From: Candidatus Thorarchaeota archaeon
Lineage (GTDB): Archaea > Asgardarchaeota > Thorarchaeia > Thorarchaeales > Thorarchaeaceae
Assembly: GCA_011364905.1 (NCBI GenBank)
Contig: RDNZ01000002.1
Location: 32,001-96,000 of the forward strand
Length of the DNA stretch: 64,000 nt
Direction of reading: 5' to 3'
The notes beneath the pieces were generated by a model. That model did no database searches, was not told the origin of the DNA, and saw only the letters and a list, made by a program, of their open reading frames with translations. The position numbers were made by a program, and so were the translations under genes. Positions 58,645 through 64,000 of the stretch are shown in pieces; the stretch's first letter is position 1; the number at the start of each line of letters is the position of its first letter.

Positions 58645-60690
58645 ATGACCGCTAATCCCCCCTATCTGGACGAAAAAACCGAGATTGAGAACAGAGTAAG
58701 TGATTTATTATCCAGACTTACACTGAAAGAGAAGTTCATGCTTCTCACCAGTCATGGAAGATTACGACTGTATACGACCAAACCAATCAAGAGGTTGAGG
58801 ATACCCTCATTAAAAATGACCGATGGACCTCTGGGTGTGGCAATGCATTCAAGCGGTTTCAAGAAGAATTCTAGATTTCCTGCTACCGTGTCACTGGCAG
58901 CGACGTGGAATAGATCTCTTATGCATGATATTGGAATAGCTATGGCGAAGGAGGTGAGAGCAGTCGGAAGACATATTCTCCTCGCGCCAGGCATAAACAT
59001 ATGCAGAACACCTCTGAATGGGAGAACGTTCGAGTATTTCAGCGAGGACCCCTACCTGACCAAGGAGTTGGCAATCGTCCTCGTAAAGGGCATCCAGAGC
59101 CAACGGGTTGCAGCCTGCCTCAAGCATTACGCAGCTAATAATCAAGAAACAGATCGGAGAATTTGCAGTTCTGAAGTAGACGAACGTACGCTGAATGAAA
59201 TCTATCTTCGTGCGTTCAAGGGAGTTGTCGAGAATGCAGACCCATGGGCAGTCATGACCTGCTATAACATGGTCAATAGTGTCTACGGTTGTGAGAACAA
59301 GTATCTCCTTCAAGATACATTACTGGACAAGTGGAACTACGATGGGGTTGTTGTGACGGATTGGTTTGCCTCAAGGGGCGTCGCAACGACAGAAGGGTGT
59401 ATGAACGCAGGACTAACCCTGGAAATGCCTTGGCCTAGTAAGTATAAGCAGAAAGCACTACGAAAGGCTTACGATGAGCACAAATTCTCGGAAGATACTC
59501 TAAATGACCGGGTAGAGAGAAACCTTCGTGTGATGATGCTGACTGGGCTATTTGATAGCCCTGAAAACCTGCCAACAGGCCAACGAAATACTTTGGAACA
59601 TCAGAAACTCGTCAGTCGTGCAGCTGAGGAGGGAATGGTGTTGTTGAAGAACAAAGACAACTTACTTCCTCTTGACATTAATAGCCTCAAGAGAATAAGC
59701 CTGCATGGTCCAAATCTACGCAAGAGATTCGGCAGGCTACTCAGTGGCGGCTCGTCAGCAGTAAGTCCGCCTTATGAAGTGACTCCACTTGAAGGTATTT
59801 CCGAAAAAGTTGATGGCAGGATAGAGCTAGCAATAAATGACAGATTGAAACAGGTTTTTTCTGATGTCGCTATTGTATTCGCGGGGTTGAATCATGGAAA
59901 AGGAGGAGACACCGAATCCAAGGATAGGAGCTCTTTAGACCTCGACAAAAAGCAGGTCGAGGAAATCAAAAGAGTTGCAAATGAACATCAGAATACGGTT
60001 GTGTGTGTGATTGCAGGGAGCCCAATTGCCATGGATGAGTGGATTGATGAGGTGGAAGCAGTTCTCATTTGCTGGTATGGCGGAATGGAAGCAGGCCATG
60101 CGATTGCCAATATCCTCTTTGGAGATGTGAACCCTTCAGGAAAACTTCCTTTGACATTTCCACGAAGGTTGGAAGACTCTCCTGCTCATAGCACTGGTGA
60201 AAGAAGAAACTATCCGGGTGATGAGGAGAAGAGAGTCTATTATGATGAGGGTGTTTTTGTGGGATACCGTTGGTTCGACCAAAAGAAGATTGAACCACTC
60301 TTTCCATTTGGATTCGGGCTCTCTTACACACAATTCGAGTTCAGTTCTATCAATGTGAACAGACAGCGGATATCAAAGGAAAAAGATGCAATACTTCTTG
60401 GAGTTGATGTGACCAACGTAGGAGAACGGGCAGGGTCTGAGGTCATTCAAATCTATTCCAGGGATATGAAGGCATCTGTCAAGCGACCACCACGAGAGTT
60501 GGCGGGTTTTGAAAAAATCCACCTAGGACCGGAGGAAACGAAGACAGCAGCCATCACGGTGAAAGCTCAGGACCTTGCATTCTTTGATCCTAAGAAACAT
60601 GATTGGAGTATAGAACCTGGAGATTTCAAACTGTTCGTAGGCAGGTCATCAAGAGACCTACTTGGAGATGTTGATATCTCATACGGATAG
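58645..60690 (+). CDS. Glycoside hydrolase family 3 beta-glucosidase
   Basis: DGPLG, GRTFEYFSEDP, KHYAANNQE, VTDW, PSGKLP, PFGFGLSYT. Confidence 0.95.
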   Translation: MTANPPYLDEKTEIENRVSDLLSRLTLKEKFMLLTSHGRLRLYTTKPIKRLRIPSLKMTDGPLGVAMHSSGFKKNSRFPATVSLAATWNRSLMHDIGIAMAKEVRAVGRHILLAPGINICRTPLNGRTFEYFSEDPYLTKELAIVLVKGIQSQRVAACLKHYAANNQETDRRICSSEVDERTLNEIYLRAFKGVVENADPWAVMTCYNMVNSVYGCENKYLLQDTLLDKWNYDGVVVTDWFASRGVATTEGCMNAGLTLEMPWPSKYKQKALRKAYDEHKFSEDTLNDRVERNLRVMMLTGLFDSPENLPTGQRNTLEHQKLVSRAAEEGMVLLKNKDNLLPLDINSLKRISLHGPNLRKRFGRLLSGGSSAVSPPYEVTPLEGISEKVDGRIELAINDRLKQVFSDVAIVFAGLNHGKGGDTESKDRSSLDLDKKQVEEIKRVANEHQNTVVCVIAGSPIAMDEWIDEVEAVLICWYGGMEAGHAIANILFGDVNPSGKLPLTFPRRLEDSPAHSTGERRNYPGDEEKRVYYDEGVFVGYRWFDQKKIEPLFPFGFGLSYTQFEFSSINVNRQRISKEKDAILLGVDVTNVGERAGSEVIQIYSRDMKASVKRPPRELAGFEKIHLGPEETKTAAITVKAQDLAFFDPKKHDWSIEPGDFKLFVGRSSRDLLGDVDISYG

Positions 60691-60748
60691 AATTGTATAA
60701 GGAGATAATATAAGTGGCCAAAACCCTGCTTGAGTGAAGGCTGCTTCT

Positions 60749-62167
60749 ATGGGTAGGATAACAGCATTCTTTGGTCTTGAAGATGCAAGACCAGCTGTAG
60801 TCAGGCTGGCTTCCAAGTATGCATCACTCTCGATCCTGATGCAAGCTACCCTTACGATATCTTCTACGTTCTATCTCATCTTTGTGGCGACAGCAATTGG
60901 CGATGGAAACTTCATCACTGGGATGACATTCATTGGTATTCTTGTTGTATTTGAGATGGCAGTCCAGACTCTCTTCGACTACCCGACAGGTGTGATAGGA
61001 GATTGGATCGGTCAACACTATATCTTGGCGACATCGTTTTTCACATATGCTTTAGCCTTCTACCTTGTTTCTCTCGTCACATATCAAAGCCCCTTCATCA
61101 ACCTGATTATTATCTATTCACTGATGGGTTTCGCCGGTTCACAGCAGAGCGGAGCCCTAGGTAGCTGGTTTGACAACAACTGGCGTGTTGCTATGGTCGA
61201 GGACGAGGGACGCAAGCAATATGGTGTGTTTATAGGAAAAATGGAAATGCTGTCATGGCTAACCAATGTTCTATTTCTGATTCCAGGCAGTATTCTTGCA
61301 GCAATCTTCAGACGAGCATGGGTGTTTCAACTTCAAGCAGTCCTTTGCGCAGTAATAGCAGTCCTTGCGGCTATACTTGTACGGAATCTTCCTGAAACTG
61401 AGGAGAATAGGCAGACTAGACCTACATTAGATGAGTATTTCTCCCTTCTCAGAGAGGGAATACAATATTTGTTCAGTAGCAGGTATGTCACGTATTTACT
61501 CCTCGGCTCGATGCTGATGAATAGCTGTCTTTCTGTCTGGGCCAACCTGATTCTCTTTCCGATGTACTATAGCTATATGTTGACTGATGTTGCAGTGGCA
61601 AGTTTTCGAACACTCGTGATGATTCCTTTGGTCGTGTATTCGGAGCGATCTGGCGTCTGGGCCAAGAGATTCAAGCCTGAAAATTGGATCTCAAGATTTC
61701 GTTTCATCGGAACAGGAGGGGCTGTATTCTTCTGGATTTTTGCCACCATAATGCTGGTATTCCCAGTCCCCCCTCCCAACTCTCCGATGATTGAGTATTT
61801 TCTCCCTGGAACTGATATCCTACTGCTTAGTGTTCCAGTCGATTCACTGCTTCCTGTGTTAATGATGATCATAGTATTCTACACATTGGGGATATTCTTT
61901 CAGATTGCCAATGTTCTTACATCACGGGTATTTGTTGATGCAATCCCCAATCGAGTTCGCAATGGAGTCTACTCGCTCTTCCCAACGGTCGTTTTGCTTC
62001 TCAGTATCCCACAGATTGCCGCTTTTGGCTGGTTGATATCGGTAGCGCCTATCTCATTGACCCTTCTACTCACAGGTTTGATCTCAACTGTAGGCGTGAT
62101 TATGATCCGCCTCGCTTTTCAACAACCAAGACCGGGGGAAGAACCCATTGATGAGATACTAATCTAA
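60749..62167 (+). CDS. MFS transporter
   Basis: DYPTG.IGD, SGALGSWFDNN, IPNRVRNGVYSL; paralogue of 25192..26592. Confidence 0.88.
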   Translation: MGRITAFFGLEDARPAVVRLASKYASLSILMQATLTISSTFYLIFVATAIGDGNFITGMTFIGILVVFEMAVQTLFDYPTGVIGDWIGQHYILATSFFTYALAFYLVSLVTYQSPFINLIIIYSLMGFAGSQQSGALGSWFDNNWRVAMVEDEGRKQYGVFIGKMEMLSWLTNVLFLIPGSILAAIFRRAWVFQLQAVLCAVIAVLAAILVRNLPETEENRQTRPTLDEYFSLLREGIQYLFSSRYVTYLLLGSMLMNSCLSVWANLILFPMYYSYMLTDVAVASFRTLVMIPLVVYSERSGVWAKRFKPENWISRFRFIGTGGAVFFWIFATIMLVFPVPPPNSPMIEYFLPGTDILLLSVPVDSLLPVLMMIIVFYTLGIFFQIANVLTSRVFVDAIPNRVRNGVYSLFPTVVLLLSIPQIAAFGWLISVAPISLTLLLTGLISTVGVIMIRLAFQQPRPGEEPIDEILI

Positions 62168-62177
62168 CGAACAAGTA

Positions 62178-62666
62178 TCAATCATTACTCATGAAAGCAG
62201 TCGCCTGTCGATAGCGAGTGTCTTTCACATAGTCGTACGATGCAATCTTCTTTGGAGTCACAATAACTGTGACCCATTTTGTTAGTTTGAAGAGACCGTC
62301 ACGATAGTCGACTGCTCGCTGACTACTCATTCGACGATTGAAGACTTTCAAAGCGGTTTCCTCAATACCTTCATCGGTGAGTGTCGCCTCTCCATAGATT
62401 ATCACTCCACGGGTCGGAGGGCCTTCATCATCAACAAGAACTGTCACTCGATTGTCACGTTGAATGTTCTTTGCCTTCACACTATTATAGGGAGTACCAA
62501 AGAACAGTTGCCCGCCCTCGTAATAGTACCATACTGGAGTAGCATGAATGGTTCCATCTTTGTTATGTGTGCAAACTCGTGCAACAGTCATGTAGTTCAA
62601 AAATTCAAGTACTTCATCCGGTGAAAGAGAGGGAGATTGAGTATATGACACGGTTCTCACACACAT
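62178..62666 (-). CDS. Pyridoxamine 5'-phosphate oxidase-like (split barrel) protein
   Basis: T...DG..H.TPVWY, K.KNI.RD.RVTVLVD. Confidence 0.88.
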   Translation of the reverse strand: MCVRTVSYTQSPSLSPDEVLEFLNYMTVARVCTHNKDGTIHATPVWYYYEGGQLFFGTPYNSVKAKNIQRDNRVTVLVDDEGPPTRGVIIYGEATLTDEGIEETALKVFNRRMSSQRAVDYRDGLFKLTKWVTVIVTPKKIASYDYVKDTRYRQATAFMSND

Positions 62667-62735
62667 TGTGTTTTGAAGGGTGCATTCCTCATCAACACCG
62701 TGGAGTATATGCGTTTTGGATTTGAAGAGTTAAGG

Positions 62736-63740
62736 TTACAGTTCCCGTTCTAGGTTAACAAGTCTACAATTCAAATTGAAACCAGCTTTCTCATACAAGC
62801 GTATCGCACTTGTGTTGGCGGCAGGAGTCCCAACTGCGGCAAATTTGCAGCCGTAGTCCTTCAGAGTGTGTAGAGTCATTTCAATGAGATGTAGTGCAAT
62901 CCCTCGCCTTCGATAGTCAGGCAGTACTGCCATGGGTCCAAGAACACCTGTTAGTGGTTTGTACTTTGATTCCACTATGAATGCACCAAGATAACCGGCT
63001 GAAACACCATCAACAACAGCAACTTTCCTGAGTTCATCAGGAGATTCACCATAGAAACCGTCTGCCATCCTCTGAAGCAGTGCAGTTGCTTGGATGTGTT
63101 CGGTTACTGTCTTGTCAAATCCATGTATCTTCCTTTCTTCTGGAGTTGAGGTGAATGACTTTACAACGATGCTTGCTAAGTCTTCAAAGGTGTAGTTGTC
63201 ACCCGTTTCAACCTGAATTTCGGAAGTGCGTACAGAACTGTGAGGAATACTGCTCAATGGCATTACTAGATCGACCGAGTCTTGCAGTCTTTTCTTAAAA
63301 CCTGCATTCGAATACAAATCTAAGTGATTGGCAACTAATTCAGGGGAGTCAACTGGATACTTAGAGTGAGAGCTTACTCTCTTGACACCTAATGAAGCCA
63401 GAGCATCAATTGCGTATTCGAGTAAAACCTTCGCCACGTTTGTCTTCCTAAAAGCAGGAAGTGCAGCAGGCTCCCATCTTCGTATACGTGCCATGAGATT
63501 GTTGTGACGGAGACCAAGAATGCCTACCACATCAACAGGAGTATCCGCGTAGGCGAAGAAAAACATATTCTCGCGATTCTCGAAATCTGATCGCATTTCC
63601 TCGAGTTCCTCATTCTTGTTGAAATCGAAAGCGGGATTCTCCTGATACCAGTAGTAATGTTCCATCGCCATGTTCCATGCCTGAGAGTAGACGGACCAAT
63701 CACTAGCTGGCTCTATGACTACTTTACGATCCTTTTCCAT
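62736..63740 (-). CDS. Tandem GNAT acetyltransferase
   Basis: Two domains: ALPAFRK..VA and AVLPDYRRRGIA...N..AI.LY.K.GF. Confidence 0.88.
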   Translation of the reverse strand: MEKDRKVVIEPASDWSVYSQAWNMAMEHYYWYQENPAFDFNKNEELEEMRSDFENRENMFFFAYADTPVDVVGILGLRHNNLMARIRRWEPAALPAFRKTNVAKVLLEYAIDALASLGVKRVSSHSKYPVDSPELVANHLDLYSNAGFKKRLQDSVDLVMPLSSIPHSSVRTSEIQVETGDNYTFEDLASIVVKSFTSTPEERKIHGFDKTVTEHIQATALLQRMADGFYGESPDELRKVAVVDGVSAGYLGAFIVESKYKPLTGVLGPMAVLPDYRRRGIALHLIEMTLHTLKDYGCKFAAVGTPAANTSAIRLYEKAGFNLNCRLVNLEREL

Positions 63741-63838
63741 GCTAACTCCAATGTGGGTTGCTGCGATGACAAATAGATATTGTGCACCCCAAAGGACATG
63801 CTTATTTCGTACTCATCGCAAATTTGAGATGGCTCAAA

Positions 63839-64000
63839 ATGAGAATCAAGGCAGTTTTTCGCGATGCAGAGATTTTGAAAATGGAAGAGGGATCAAAGGA
63901 GAGAGTTATGGCTGTTGCACAGAAGAACCTAGACCGGGTTGTGAACCTGCCAAAACTCCTCAAGGTGATGGGTCTTGAGTTTGATAAGCGATGCCTCATG
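63839..64000 (+). CDS. Hypothetical protein, truncated by the window end
   Basis: Open frame MRIKAVFRDAEILKMEEGSKERVMAVAQKNLDRVVNLPKLLKVMGL...; not in ORF track. Confidence 0.65.
   Translation, partial: MRIKAVFRDAEILKMEEGSKERVMAVAQKNLDRVVNLPKLLKVMGLEFDKRCLM

Noticed and set aside
1178-63999. Many short antisense or alternate-frame ORFs in the track
   Set aside because: They lie inside well-supported genes and show no independent motifs

Overview
Archaeal chromosomal window, most consistent with an Asgard archaeon (Thorarchaeia-like). This rests on longin/small-GTPase multidomain proteins, a tungsten-family aldehyde:ferredoxin oxidoreductase, GAGGTGA-type ribosome-binding sites and an intron-less tRNA-Cys. 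About 55 CDS are supported, mostly metabolic or accessory genes: GNATs, MFS transporters, hydrolases, GH38/GH3, TldD/PmbA and LonC. Main points: (1) a tandem pair of full-length paralogues with a longin / small GTPase / longin / winged-helix x2 layout, one with all GTPase motifs intact and one with them erased, a candidate GTPase/pseudo-GTPase heterodimer with Rag/GATOR1-like parts; (2) five same-orientation tRNA-Cys-derived segments over 7 kb that separate cargo genes, with no integrase in the window; (3) an orphan Alw26I/Eco31I-type m6A plus circularly permuted m5C methyltransferase pair; (4) a GNAT fused to an SSB-type OB fold; (5) a TetR operator set with an internally deleted mini-copy of the target gene; (6) an E2-like protein lacking its catalytic motif. 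All family calls come from motifs read by eye. No database searches were run.
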